Numbered from the stretch's first letter, positions 27,520-44,640 are shown. The stretch: 64,000 bases of DNA from Octopus sinensis (GCF_006345805.1 NC_042999.1:86242001-86306000); one strand, 5' to 3'. A program made the numbers and translations. Notes: generated from the sequence alone by a model not told the origin.

Positions 27520-28100
27520 AATTATATGAAGGAAAAATTTGGTAGATGACATGATATGAACGGTTGCAACCTAAATGAACTTTGTATCTTTGGGAAGAAC
27601 TAATTTTGGAAAGAGATGAATGGAGGAAGCGTGTAAAGGATGGTTGTAAAACTTTTGAAGAGAGTCGCTTTGAGCCCGAAGGCCGAAATTGTTGACTTCG
27701 GAGGAGCTGTTATCAGAACGTTAATGAAAACATAAAATGCTGGAGGTGTGAAAGCGTGGCTGTGTACTCCTTTCTCAGACAGCGTATGTTAACCATCTGA
27801 AGTTCCATGGAAGATCAACTGTATGCAACGTCCTTCCCTCTAGGCCCGATGATTCGACTTATGTAAAAGGGATTGAAGAAGCATATGGTGGTTCACAGTT
27901 ATCATGTCTCACAGAGGCATCCGATCAATCTAATGGAAGTTACAAATTTCGTCTGTCACCTAGGCTTCAAGCTATGCAGTAAGCAGCGAGCCTGAATAGG
28001 CATCTGAGAGGTCATAGACGGAATGTCAGAAATGCCATTGACAATAAGGAAGTTCAGACAGACGGCAACCATTTATGAAGATGGTGCAATCACCACACAA
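27520..28100 (+). mobile_element. Decayed 3' end of an RTE-type LINE with remnant zinc fingers
   Basis: Translates WEELILERDEWRKRVKDGCKTFEESR, typical of the RTE C-terminus, followed by CWRCE...YVNHLKFH and other finger remnants. Confidence 0.65.
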
Positions 28101-28887
28101 CACAATATATATATATATTATATATATATATATATATAATTATATATATATATATATGCACATATACATACTTGCACACACACACATACATGCGCGCACA
28201 CATATATATACACACATATTTATACATATAAGTACAGGTATACAGCTAGATAGATAGGTAGCTAGCTAGTTGTATGAATACAATGAAGACGCAACTCCAT
28301 CGATGCTAAGTCTAATTCATTAAAAACTTTCCATATTTCTCTATGAATATTTTGGTTTAGTTTTGAAGAATATTGATACTAAATCTATTAATGTTTCAAA
28401 GATTTCCTGACATCATCTTCTGAATATGTTTGAAATAAAAGTTGTCATCTACATAGACTCATATATGGATACAAACAAAGAAACAAATATACAAACATAC
28501 ATACATACTTACAAATATGCATACACGCACCTACACAATCTCTCTCTCTCACACACACACATACACATTTATTTATAGACATATATACACGCACATATAT
28601 ATATAAATATATATGTATGTATATATAAATATATATATATATATATAAATATATATAAGTATCTATATACATATATATATATAAATATATGTGTGTATAT
28701 ATAAATATATATGCATATATATAAGTATATATACATATATATATATCATTCTCTATATTATTTATTACACATACATACATAATACATATCGGACATATAT
28801 ATATATATATTATATAATATATATAATATATATATACACATACATACATACATTCATACATACATACATACATACTACATACATAAC

Positions 28888-28967
<80 letters not shown>

Positions 28968-29619
28968 GTGTGTGTGCATAAAAGAGCCTATCATATGCGT
29001 GGGTGTAATATAAATGAGGAATCAAATGTAAATATTCTGGTTTTCAACTTTAAATTTCGAAATGTCTAGAAATATTCACTGCACTTACTAACATATGTTG
29101 TTACACCAAGTATGACTTTTAGTTTCTCTGTGTGTAACAAATAACATAAAGCACGAAGGAAGTAATTAGGTGACTAGCTATATGAAAGTTAGATATTTGC
29201 ATATGTAGCGTACAAACGACCCTATAGAAACTACTTTCTACCCCCACATTTTAGACTAGTAATACCCAGCATTCCAAGTTTATTTGATTAAAGGATACAG
29301 TAGGAAGTGTGCTCAAAATAACATTTTTGGGTGTTCTAAAGTGGATAATGAAAACAACGTAAATACATTGATTTTCCTCCAATATTTTTACATATCTCTA
29401 TTTCCAAATATATATGTTGGAGATGTATGGATTGCATTATATCAGGGACTGATATATCTCGAATAATGTACGAATTGTCTTTAAAATCTATTTCCCTGCA
29501 TTATCATAGCGTTAAATTTACTATGAAAATAATTGAAATTAAAATATATTGTATAGTTTCAGAGTTTTAATGTATAACATTATCTCATAAAAGCTGCGAT
29601 ACTATTACAAATATTGTTA

Positions 29620-31350
<1,731 letters not shown>

Positions 31351-32217
31351 CTTCGAATATCGGGCGTGCAACACTGGACCGTCAGTTAAAGCAAGCATAA
31401 CCAGATATAAATAATGTATTTTCTATTATTGTTTAAACATTAATGTCAAATGCAGATACAGTAGTCAGAATAAAAAGTTGTCATATAGTTCTCGTTTCGA
31501 TCCCACTTAATGCAAAAAATTTTTGTCATAATCTTCTGTTCCCTCATAGATTTTAGATGAGAAAAAGTATTTGTACGCCTGTCCAGTAGAATTTACATGA
31601 AATTTAAACTGGCAAACATGTCGTGCGCTATCTTACATTGAGTAGGCCTTAATAGTGTTTAAATTCTCCACTTTCACCACACAAATAAGTGCTTACGTTT
31701 ATCAGTTGATCGAAATAAATCATCGTTGAAATCGGTGGAGGACCGTTCACATAAACGCATATCCATATATATTGATGTATATATGTGCATACACACAGAT
31801 ACACACATACATACACACACATATACGTGTATGTATGTGCGCGTGCATGTACGTATAAATATGGTAATAAAAATTTACAGATAAAAGCTGCTACTTCACA
31901 AATTGCTGCTGTAAGTTTCTCACTCCGATTTTTGGACGATAACGGGTTGCTGAAACTTTTCATGGCGTATACTCACTCACTCCACCGACACTTTGATTAC
32001 TATTGCACGTGTATAAAAGAAATCAGCAATACACTGGCGTACATATAAAGTCCAGATGCAAACAGAATAAACCTGTTGCAGATTACAGCATTAGAAAACA
32101 CTACAGCTGTGGTGCGGAAACACTGACAGGCGAATCAATCAATTAATTAGTTAAGAATAAAAGAAAACGAGAATTCCAACTGGCGCGTTGGCTTGTATTG
32201 GCTGAATGACTTCTTTA

Positions 32218-32255
<38 letters not shown>

Positions 32256-32713
32256 ACACACAGAGTGTAAGTCATTCTTACAGACATACACATACATTCA
32301 TTCATTCATACAAACACACATATCTGTTTGTATACATACATAAACACACACATACACATCTTTAAACCCTTCCCCTGGAGGTCTTTAAAGACGGTCATGT
32401 GTTCCAAGCTTCCTACGCCGATAAATAATATATTCCTATACATACTCATATAGTTCTATATAACATGACATTCAACTATATCAATATATACATACATTCA
32501 CTATGTGTATGTGTGTTTACGTATGTTTGTGTGTGTGTGTATAGGTTAGATGAGTTAGAGGTTAAAATAACCGTCTCAGGGATAGAAGTAGCCATTACAC
32601 TACCGGTATGTTACCTATATTTAACCATGGGCATACATACGCAAACATATTATATTCATAAGTTATAGGTAAAGACAAGGATAAACATGGGTTTATCAAG
32701 AATCGAAATTTAA

Positions 32714-33207
32714 AATTTAAAGAAATCGGAAAATGGAAAAGTATTAATGAACCACAATTGACTTCCATCAATCATTATTTATTAAATCAATGCAAATAGA
32801 CTGCATCCCATCTAACAGCTGTTTCTGCTTCCAATGTTGTATGGTATTGCCACTGATATGCAAAAATATGCAAATATATGTAAAAATATTAGTCATATTT
32901 GGTAAGAAAACCGATTTGAAACAAGGAACTTAATAAAACCGAAACAAGGAGGCTCATCCCTTTTTCTTCTGTATGCTCTTCTTTATCTATTTTTCACTCT
33001 GATGAAGCTCCTTGTTTCAGATCGGTTTTATTACCAAATATGATTAATACTTTTACGTACTTTTGCATATCAATGGCAATACCATACAACATTGGAAGCA
33101 GAAACAACTGTTAGATGGGATGCAGTCTATTTGCATTGATTTAATAAATAATAATTGATGTAAGTCAATTGTTGTTCATCAGTACCTCTCCATTTTCTGT
33201 TTTCTTT

Positions 33208-33212
<5 letters not shown>
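32714..33212. mobile_element. Inverted pair of Penelope-like terminal repeats with a hammerhead-like core
   Basis: ~32714-32930 is the reverse complement of ~33005-33212. CTGATGA at 32999 and GAAACAACTGTTAGATG at 33101; the left arm keeps the palindrome ACAGCTGT. Confidence 0.7.
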
Positions 33213-33239
<27 letters not shown>

Positions 33240-33433
33240 ATCTTTTATCACGCTGGGGCACTGCCTTGAAGAACCCTAACCCCCACTACTTACTTTTTAA
33301 AGCCTGGTACTTCTATTGGTCTGTTTTGCCAACATGCTAAGTTACACGGGCATAAAGACACCAACCCCGACTGTCAAGTGATAGTGGGAACAGAAACAAA
33401 GGCGCAAACACGCACGCACGCACGCACACACAC

Positions 33434-33490
<57 letters not shown>

Positions 33491-33640
33491 TGACGCACTT
33501 TCAGTTTCCGGCTACCAAATCCACTCACAAGTCTTTGGTCAGTCCGATGTTATAGTAGAAAACTCTTGCCCACGCAATGGGACTGAACCCAGAACCATCT
33601 GGTCGGAAAGCAAACTTTTTACCACACAGCTAGTACGCCT
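33240..33640 (-). mobile_element. SINE family 2 copy
   Basis: TTTCAGTTTCCGGCTACCAAATCCACTCACAAG...GGGACTGAACCCAGAACC. Confidence 0.8.
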
Positions 33641-36506
33641 GTGCCTACCCCCCCCCCACAAATACGCACACACACAAACACACACACACACACACACACG
33701 CACACACACACACACGCACATATAAACGCACCACACATTGATAGTCGCATAAACACACCACACATTGATAGTCGCATAAACACACAAGCAAACACTTAAA
33801 AATATGTAGAATCATATATATGTAAACTTGCATATCATTTGCCTCGTATCATGTCTCAAGAACATATAAATATTTAGCAGGTCATACCCCGTATGATTTA
33901 AGATACTTTCAATGTTAAAGGTAACACTTATAATTACCATTAGGTGTAGAAATACCAAATATTTTCTGAGAGGCATTGACCTTGCAGGATTCTAAGCTCG
34001 GTATTACATTGTCGTCATATATTAGTTTTCAGTCATATACTTCTAAGTCATAAGTAATTTTGTGTAAGTAATATTTTACAAACTGTCCTATATTACTATC
34101 TTAGTGAAATATTTCTCAATCATATATTATTCGTATCAAAATGATATATCTTAACGTCATAAGATTCTGTTTAAGTAATCTATTATAACGTCATGTATCG
34201 TAGTCTAAGACATATCGCTGTCTGAGTCATATATTACTAATATACATCTCTGATAGGAATATAAGACTTTTATACTCATTTATGCGTACATCAGTCATAT
34301 CCTATTTTAAATCCTGTTTAAACTGATTCATATATTCCTATTATTATACTAGTCATACATTACTAGGTCGTATATCATTTTCTAAGTCCTACATGACTCT
34401 AAAGTCATAACTCAATATCTTTGTCATATGATACTCTCTCAGTCATAAATTAATATTTCAATCATATATTAATACCTCATTCATGCAATATCAAGTCCTA
34501 TAATTTTATGTGTCTATAACGTAATCGCTGAGTTATAAGTTACTATCTGGGTTGGTCATATATAACTGTCTGAAACAATATCCAATGGAGCTGGTGGTTG
34601 TCTGTACTGGCAAAACGTGTATTTATTGGTATAGGATTTGTAAGCACTCAAGTTGGTATTCTACTGTTGTGAGAAGAGCTTCCCACGTTTCGGACAAAGT
34701 ACTTTACGGAGAATGTAAAAATTTTACTTTGACCTTACTCTACGAGAGATTGGATTTAGTAGAGAATGACAGGATATGGCAGAGTGTAGTAGTTGCACAG
34801 TTGCGCATGTGTGGGCCAAATGTGTGTGTGTGGGGGGGGGGACAGAGTGGAGAATTTTGGAACAAATGAGAGAGAGAGGAAGGAGAAAGGGAGGGAGGGA
34901 GAGAGAAAGACTAAGAGTGATAGGAAAGGGATGGTAAAGTTGGAAGGAATGGTCAGTAAAAAGCAAGCGGAATGGGGATTTTCTTTGTTAGTAATTTCAG
35001 TAATTTTCACGCGAGGCTCCTCAACTGTATTACACTCACACACATGCGTGCGCACCTGTATACATAGGATCCATTAAAATCAACACACAGGCATAAATGC
35101 TTGCGCATTCAGATCGTAGAAGTGCAGATACAAATATATACTTGCTGTCAAACATTGAGAGAGTGGAGCCTGTGCTCTCGGGCACGCTCTGTTTCAACAA
35201 CAAAGAGCAGAGTTAGCATGTGATGTATTATATGATGTTCGTGGACGGGAACATCATCGTTGCTCGGTATTGAATTTAGATCGGTGTAGTTTCAGCGTTA
35301 GTGATGTAGGCACATTTATTGTTCCTACAGTGAGCAAACTTAAAATTACCGGTTTGGGTATGACTGAGGGATCGAGAGATTCTAAGCAAAAGCTTGAAGA
35401 AATTCTTATCGCTTGTGGAAGAGAGGAAAGGTGGTGTGCCAAAGCTTGGAGCGGTTATGCATTCAGAAAAGTTTCGGAGAAGTGTATGTTTCAATGGAAG
35501 ATTGTTCGGAGGTGGAGACAAAGGAAAAAGATATACGGTCGCTGGCTTTCGCCAAGCTAAGTGCAGAATTCAGATCCGATCGAGTTCACCTTCCACTGAA
35601 GTGCAGCATTTCTTTCTTTCTTTAGTCCAAAGTCCAAATCGATGTTGTACCGTCGGCGAAATAAAAGGAATTATGAGAATACAAGGAAATATGAGAACGG
35701 AGTTGCGGGTTTGATGTATAGTGGTGAGGGTGGTAGTGGTATATCAAAGTTAAGCGTGGGAGTCTGCGAATTGGTAGTGGACGGAGGTCGATAAGCATAG
35801 GTGATCGATAGAGACGGATATATCAAGAAAGCTAATTCTATAATTGTTTAAGCAGGTTTTTATAGAGTACTGTATTTCATATACTTTACTATATGTGAAT
35901 AACAACTTCCTACCAATGCGTAATATAAATATATATATATATGTGTGTGTGCAAGCACACACATACAGAGATATGTGTGTGTGTGCGCGTTATGTGTGCG
36001 TGTGTGTGTGGATACACACACACAAACTCTCACGCACACACAGATATATCCTTTCTAATATGTGCACAAAGCCTGAAATTTTGTGGGAAAGGGACTAGTC
36101 AATAACATCAACCCTAGTGCTCAACTGGTACTAACTTCATCCATCCGAAATGTTGGAGGGGAAAGTGTATTTATGTATACGTACACACACACACACACAC
36201 ACACACATACACATCAAGATGATCTTTCATGCCATAGTGGCAGCCATTACTAAAAGTTTCACGCCAGTTTGTTCTGTCAAGATGTAAAGAATAGAAAACT
36301 AGATGGCGGGAAACTTATCGGCTGCAATCGTTTTAAAACCTGCTTTCATAATGTATACTTCTTCAATAATACATATTTAACAGATGTCTTTAATGCCTCC
36401 GTTGCAAGCATTCACAAGTACACTATATTAGATTGTATAATACAATATGAAATAGTATATTCTGTACTTATAGTACTATGTATACTTATAATACTATATG
36501 TATATA

Positions 36507-36557
<51 letters not shown>

Positions 36558-36998
36558 TATATTATATATATATACATATTTGTATGTATGTATGTATGTA
36601 TGTATGTATGTATGTTGTATAAATATAATATATATATATGTTGTGTATACTTATAATACTATATACATATGTTGTATATAGTATTATAAGTATTATAAAA
36701 CATGCATGTATATGTATATATATATCTATATGTATGTATGTATGCAAGTGTATGGATGTGGGTGTGTATGTGTTTCTACATCTATATATCATATATGCAC
36801 GTATTTATGCGCCTCTGAATAAGTGTGAATGTTTGAGCACCCACACATGTACACACACGCACACACACACCACACACACATATTTATCTATGAATGTGGG
36901 CCCATAAATATACATGCATATGCATAGATATATGTGTACACCTAACTATATTCATATATGTTATATATGTCTGTGTTTCTACAAATACAATGTGTCTA

Positions 36999-37041
<43 letters not shown>

Positions 37042-37131
37042 ATATATATATCTATCTATCTATCTATCTTAGTATATGACACTATATATGCGTATGGCAC
37101 ACATACGCATACATGTACACACACATACTTA

Positions 37132-37166
<35 letters not shown>

Positions 37167-37890
37167 ATATATATATATGTTTCTATGTATAGTTTCTATG
37201 TATATATGTATGTATATTGATCGTTGCCCAACGAACTTAAAGTCATATCAGCAGGCAAAGAAACTTGGATATATATATTATATATATTATATATATATAT
37301 ATATTATATATAATATATATATATATATATTATATAATATATATATACACACATAATACATACATACATACATACATACATATATTATATATATATGCGT
37401 GTGTCCATGCATATATATATATATATATATATACTCGCACGGCTATACATGAATATATACATATACATTCACACACATATACATTCATACGTACATAATG
37501 TTGACTATGGAATACATGTTGATAAGAAATTCATATTTCAACACACTTATATACAACTTTATGCAGAGCATGCTAATCTCAATGGTTAAATTTAACTTTA
37601 ATTTAATCCAATTTAATCCTTCATCTGATTTTTCCATTTAATTAATTTTTTGCAGCAATATCACTATAACACTAAAATAAATTTCAACCTCCAATTATTT
37701 CTTGCTCTATGCTATAAAGACGGAAATTGTGAGATTTATATTGAGTAGCTTCAATAACTTCATATGTGGTATTTCACCCTGAAACAACGTTTTACTAATT
37801 TATGAATTATGAGTGTGTCTTATTTTCTAATGAAAAGAAAAGTTTTTGTTACTGGACAGGAAAATTACTTGATGCGTGACCATATATATA

Positions 37891-37945
<55 letters not shown>

Positions 37946-37984
37946 TATGTATTTGAAATATATATATATATATATTGAGAGAGA

Positions 37985-38039
<55 letters not shown>

Positions 38040-39639
38040 TAGATATATAGATAGATGTATGATACAAAGATTTGATATTCATTCGGAAAACTATTGTTGA
38101 AATGTATTCTTGTTTTCTATTCTAGGTTAAGTAGTTAGAATATTTTAATAATATTCAAATACATTGTTTATTGGAAAGTAAATGGCATCAATGGGGAAAG
38201 TACGTTAAGTCTTTAGTGACCGTACATAGGACACATGTCGTCAACATTATAATAAACTGAAAATGCATGTGTTTAGTATTCTGTTTAATGCTGTTGTACT
38301 GTATGTAGATTAGCAAAAGTGTAAGAGGGTGCAATGAATCAATTTAAAAAACAAAACTAAACCTGCATTTAATGATATGCTTTCAGTATTAGATTATTTG
38401 AACATGCTGCAGAAAGCATTTACACTTATTCAACTTTCGTGTTTATTTTTACAAAAGATTTGTATGCATTTTCATCTGAAGTTTTCTAATAGGGTTTGTC
38501 TAAATTTTGCTTCTTTCTTTGTTTCGTACGAATAATGAGCGAACTCCGACCCAGACAGTACTACATTTCAAAAAATATTCGTATCCGGGGAAAAAAAAAA
38601 GTAGTAATCATAAAATGTCGGATAGTGGCTCTCTATTCTACAGATAACTCAAAGAAAATGGCTTCCCTTCCTTTGGAAACCTTCCGCATTTTAAACTAAA
38701 ACGCAAAGCACACCAACTAACAATGTATGATCCTCTTATGTAGTTAATATTTATATAAATGACGTAAGTGGCAGCCAAATATTAAATTAATTAAGGATAT
38801 TCATAATAGATGTTGAATAAAACGATTTCAAGAGTTTTGGGCTAGAAGTTTCGTCTTTCACTCTAACACCATCTATGGTATTGATAGGCAAATGTATAGC
38901 TTTGATATGTCTCATCTCTTTACCTTTAGTAAGTCCAAGAAAACGCATATAAACTAAGCCATTAAATTATGTATTATGATAAACAAAGTTGAATTCTTCA
39001 TTTAAGTATAAGAAGATTAAACTCTTAACTTCCTGTAAGACACAGAACCACACGAGGCTACATCGGTCAGTTACGATATCGTACTAAACTTGTTTACGTT
39101 CATTTTAAGGAAGTGAGATTCTCCAATATGAGGAAGAAACCTCAAATCCTTCCATTTTTTCCCCTCTAGCAGAATTATTGCGGGACTGGGCTTTTGACTG
39201 AGAGAATTTTGAATAGGATGTTAAAAGTTAAGTTGAATATCATAGTAAGATATTTAAGCTCTGAGCAAATTATAAGAACGAAACACAAGGCTAGAGAAAT
39301 TGTTATTTTAAAAAACGCAATAAGGATCTTTTAGGAGCTTTGATGTTATCGGATAAATATTGTATAAATAACTTTAAAAATATTTTGTTCCTATGCATAT
39401 CTATATTGATTTTTAGAGTGAAATTTGTTTTGCGAAAAAATCATAACTCTTTATGAATATACTACGGACATTAGGAATAGATTTCAATCCCAACCTTTAA
39501 TAAGCGAGTTCAAATTTGAGTTAAGATGCGTTCTTGTGAAGGCGCATCTTATCCTAAATATATGTAGAAGACTATACGAAAGTTAACATGAAACGTTTCA
39601 AATAATTCTGAATATCTCTGCTAGTATAATCTTCCATCT

Positions 39640-39842
39640 TAAACTTGTTTCAGCCATTAAACTGCGGTCATGCTGGAGCACCGCCTTGAAGCAGTTTAGT
39701 CGAATGAATCTACTCCAATACTTTGTTTCAAGCCTGGTACTTATTCTGTAGATCTCTTATACCGAACCGATAAGTTACGGAGATGCAAACACACCAACAC
39801 TGGTTGACAAGCGGTGATGGGGGAACAAACATAGGTACCAAG

Positions 39843-39876
<34 letters not shown>

Positions 39877-40040
39877 TCGACGGGTTTCTTTCAGTTTCCG
39901 TCTACCAAATCTACTCACAAAGCTTTGGTTAGCTCGAGGCGAGAGTGGAAGACACTTATGCAAGATGCCATGCAGTGGGATTGAACCCAGAACCATGTGG
40001 TTGGGAAGCAAGTTTCTTATCACACAGCCACACCTGCGCC
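39640..40040 (-). mobile_element. SINE family 2, near full-length
   Basis: Ends CACACAGCCACACCTGCGCC (reverse-complement head); tail GCGGTCATGCTGGAGCACCGCC. Confidence 0.9.
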
Positions 40041-40449
40041 TATAATACGTATCTTGTCATAAAAAGAATTATATTAATTTACATATGCGTCAGCTGCTTA
40101 AAGTCATAAAAACATTTTCTTAAGATTTGTCTTTTGTCTTAATCGTACGGAAATTTCCCCTTTTCTCGACTTCAAAAACTTGAACAATTTACTTGTTTCA
40201 GCATATGATAATGCTGTTTGACAACTACTGCTACTGTTGTTCCTGTAGTGTATTGTTTTGTGGTTTTTGTTGTTGCTAATTTTGTATATGAAGTGTGCTA
40301 AGATTGTTGAAAGTGTCGTTAAGTTCGTTTTTGTTTTGTTTTGACCGACTTAACATTATTATCTTTTATATATAATTACAGGTAGTATAAATATGATCGT
40401 CATCATCACTATCACCATCATCAGCATTCTTTAATTCTTTCTTCTTTTC

Positions 40450-43400
40450 GTTAGAATAAGTGTTTAGTCATATTTCTTCACGTTCCTGTGTTCAAATCAT
40501 GCTTAGGTCGACATTACCTTTTATCCGTTCAGTAAAATAGTATTAGCCGTGGACCGAGGTCGATTTCTTTTTCCAAAGTATGATGACTTATGTCTGTGTC
40601 AGAAATTATTATTATTATCATTATTCGTCTGCGCTACGTTCTGAGTTCAAATTTCGCCGAGATGACTTTGCCTTTCATCCTTTCGGGATCGATTAAATAA
40701 GTACAAATTACGCACTGGGGTCAGTGCAACTGACTTAATCCCTTCCCCCAAATTTGAGGCCTTGTGCTTCCAGTAGAAAGAATTATTATTATTATTATAA
40801 GGGCGGCGAGCTGGCAGAAGATTCTGGTTTCGATTCCTGAACCGGGTGATGCATTGCGTTCTTGAGAAAATCCAATTCATTTCACGTTACTACATTACTA
40901 TCGGCTGGCAAAAATGAATAATCCTGCGTTGGACCAGAATCCCGTCCTGCGGGAGGGACATATGTCCCCTACAGAATTCGAGAAACCGGCCTTATGAGCC
41001 TATGAATCGGAAAAGATATTTGATCCCTTTTTAATGTGGCGAGCTGGCCGAATCGTTAGCATGCTGGGCAAAATGCGTAGCGCAGTTTCGTCCGTCATTA
41101 CGTTGTGTGTTCAAATTCTACCGAGGTCAGCTTTGCTTTTCACCCTTCCAGGGTCGATAACTACTAGTTGAGCACTGGGGTCGATGTCATCGATTAGCCT
41201 TTTCCTTCAAAAATTTCAGGCCTTGTGCCTATAGCTGAAAGGATCATTATTATTTGGGGTCCTAATCCCGCCCATGTTTGCTTTCTCCTTATATTTCTGA
41301 GGTCGATAAATTAAAACCAGTTAAATACTATCTCGATTTTTTTATCATGAATTTGTGGACTTAGTTTCTAACATAGGCATAAGACCACAGTTTAGGAGTA
41401 CGGGTGATTGGATCGAAGGCAAACTGACTTAAGCGGGATTTAAACTCAGAATGAAAAGGTCCGTAACTAAATATCCCAATGATTTTTTTGTGTGTTTTGT
41501 TTCGTTGATACTCTAACGATTCTGGTAGATTAATATTATTATTGGTTTCAAGTTTTGGCACTAGGCCAGCAGTTTGAGGCGAGGTAGCTAGTTAATTACA
41601 TCGGACACAGTACTCAATTGATACGTATTTTATCGACCCCAAAAGGATGAAAGCAATTTCGACCTCGGTGGAATTTGAACTCAGAACGTAATGACGGGCT
41701 AAATGCTGTTAAGCATTTTATTCGGTGTGCAAACAACTTTGCCAGCATCAGTATTATTATCATAGGTTTCAAATTTTGGCACAAGGTCAGCAGTTGCGGG
41801 GAAGTGGATAAGTTGATGATATGACCCCAGTACTCAATTGACACTTATTTTATTGTTTTCTACTCTTGGCACAAGGCCCGAAATTTTTGGGGAAGGGACC
41901 AGTCGATTAGAACGATCCCAGTACACAGCTGGTACTTAATTTATCGGCCCCGAAATGATGAAAGGCAAAGTCGACCACGGCGGAATTTGAACTCAGAATG
42001 TAAGGCCGGACGAAATGCCGCTAGCCATTTTGCACGACGTGCTAACAGTTCAGCCAGCTCGCCACCATAATCAGTATTATTATTATTAATAATAATTAAG
42101 GCGTGCAAATTGGTAGAACCGTTACCGTGCCGGAAAAAAATACTTAGCGGTTTTTCTTCCGGCTTTAGGATCTAAGTTCAAATGTCGCCGAAGTCGACTT
42201 TACTTTTCATCCTTTCGGAGTCAATGAAATATGTTCCAGTAAAGTACCGAGGTCGGTGTAATCAATTTCAGGTCTTGTACTTATGGCTGAAATAATATTG
42301 ATTGTTTCTGATTGCGGCACACTGGCAACATTTTGGGAGCAAAGTGTTAGCTGCCACCAACACCAGTACTTGATTGGTACATTATTTTATCGACTTCACA
42401 AAAAGGCAAAACTGATTCCAACGAGATTTGAACTCAGAATGTAAAGAGTCGTAATTATACATAACAAAACACTCTAACGGTTCTGCCAAATCAATTATAT
42501 CCTTACATATAATAAGCATTTTTAATGTCATAAATCTAGGATCAAAGGTTAGTCGGATTATATCGATTGGGAGCAGTAGGGTTAGACTAGTACTAGACTG
42601 GTACTTTATTTGATCGACTACAAAAGAATGAAATCAATGGAATTTGACCTCAGAATATCAAAATCGATAAGTATATTAGTTATGGCCCTATATATTTTGC
42701 ATTCATATCCCTATGAGGTCGACTTGGTCTTTTATCTTTCCGGGATCGATAAAATAATATAGTAGCGCTACAATAGATCTAAAGGACTTCGACTACGCCC
42801 TCTCCACTCAAATTTCTGGCCTTGTGCCTTTCTTTCATATTACTATTATTATTAAGGGCGGTAGATTGACCGAATCATTAAAACGTCAGACAAAGTGCTT
42901 TGGAGATTTTGTTCCAGGAGTTCAAATCCTACCGAGTTTAACTTTGCCTCTTATTCTTCCGGAGTTAATACGATAAAGTGCTAGGCAATACTGGTGTAAA
43001 TATAAGCGACCGTTGCTTTCTCCACCTATTGATTTCTGGCCTTCTTATGTGAGAAAGTACAGGGCACTGGCAGGGATAATCAAAGCATCGGACAAAACGG
43101 CTTGCAGTATTTATTCAGACACTTCAGGTTCTGAGTTCAAATCCTTCCGGTATTGAGAACTTAGAGTATGGGTCAAATAACGTAAAGTCAATATAAACAA
43201 CCATTTCCCACTGCTTATGCTAGAAACAACTGTGATCCTGTACTTTACATTCTGAGTTCAAATCTCGTCGGAGTCAACTTCGTCTTCCATTCCACCCGAG
43301 GCTGATAAAATAAAGTACAGTGAAATATTGAGGTCGATGTATTCGACTAATTTTTCCCTTTCAAAAATACTGGCCTTGTACCTAAGTTATAAACCATTGG
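40450..43400. mobile_element. Dense cluster of about a dozen SINE family 1 copies in both orientations, plus a V-SINE-like chimera at ~40800-41010
   Basis: Repeated GAGTTCAAAT...GTCGACTTTGCCTTTCATCC...GGCCTTGTGCC motifs and their reverse complements, separated by (ATT)n/(AAT)n. Confidence 0.85.
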
Positions 43401-44091
43401 TGTGCGTACTTTTATTTCTAATTTTTATTCTACGCATCAATTATGAGACGGATTTGAATAAAGAGGCACAAAAAAAGGAAGGAAAAGAAAAGAGGTACAC
43501 TGACATAAGGGTATCTGCTTGAAACTTTCCGAAGGTCCCTGAATGTATGTCACGTGCAAACATTTATGTGTCGTCTGTGAAGTAGATAGCGTATATGAGT
43601 GTGGGTTTGTGATTGTGCCTCAGACGGAGCATGTATGAATATACACGACTGTTATTGGGGTGGGACAAGATATATATTGTGTGTTTACGTGTGCATGTCT
43701 ATATGTGGCCGTGAGATGAGTGCCTTTACGTTTGTGCGTGTATGTGTGTGTATATGTGTGTGTGTGTTATAAAAGAAGAAGGCCCCAATTTCTTCCACGT
43801 GTAAGTTACAAAGACAAGAAATAGTCTTCATCATGTACATTATATACAACTGTCACATCAATAACATTAACTGTAGTTAGTATAAGTAAGACAAGTGAAT
43901 ATTTCTTTGAGAAGGAATACCATAGGCTGGGTGTGATGGTGGTGGTGGGGAGTGCATTAAAAGCGGCGAACAATTCAGATATATAAAAAATAATTCATAC
44001 ATCGATCTTTCTGTCTGACTAGCTGTTTTGGTATGTATGTATGTATGTATGTATGTATATGTACGTATGGATAGATATATCTGTGTGTGCG

Positions 44092-44165
<74 letters not shown>

Positions 44166-44233
44166 ATATATTATATATATATGTATATATATCTATACAC
44201 ACACACGTATGTATATATATGCATATATATATA

Positions 44234-44280
<47 letters not shown>

Positions 44281-44593
44281 TACATACATATATACATGTA
44301 TATATGTATGTATGTGTATGTGCATATATATATGCGTATATATGCATATTTATGGCTACTCTTTCACTGGTTCCAGCCTGAGGCTGAAGCAATGCTGGGA
44401 CACCGCCGGACACTTAAATACACATGTGGCGTGCATATGTGTATGTATGTATGTATGTATGTATGTATGTATGTATGTATGTATGTATGTACACACACAC
44501 ATACGTAGATATATCTACTTACTGATATGGGTTATATAATTCATCTACTATATAATTCATTTACCCTATGTGCCTGTCTGCGTGTATATATAT

Positions 44594-44640
<47 letters not shown>

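Noticed and set aside
33720-33785. 27-bp direct repeat (also an 18-bp repeat at ~24262-24298) resembling a CRISPR repeat
   Set aside because: Only about 2 adjacent copies with no spacers, in a eukaryotic context; ordinary slippage duplication.
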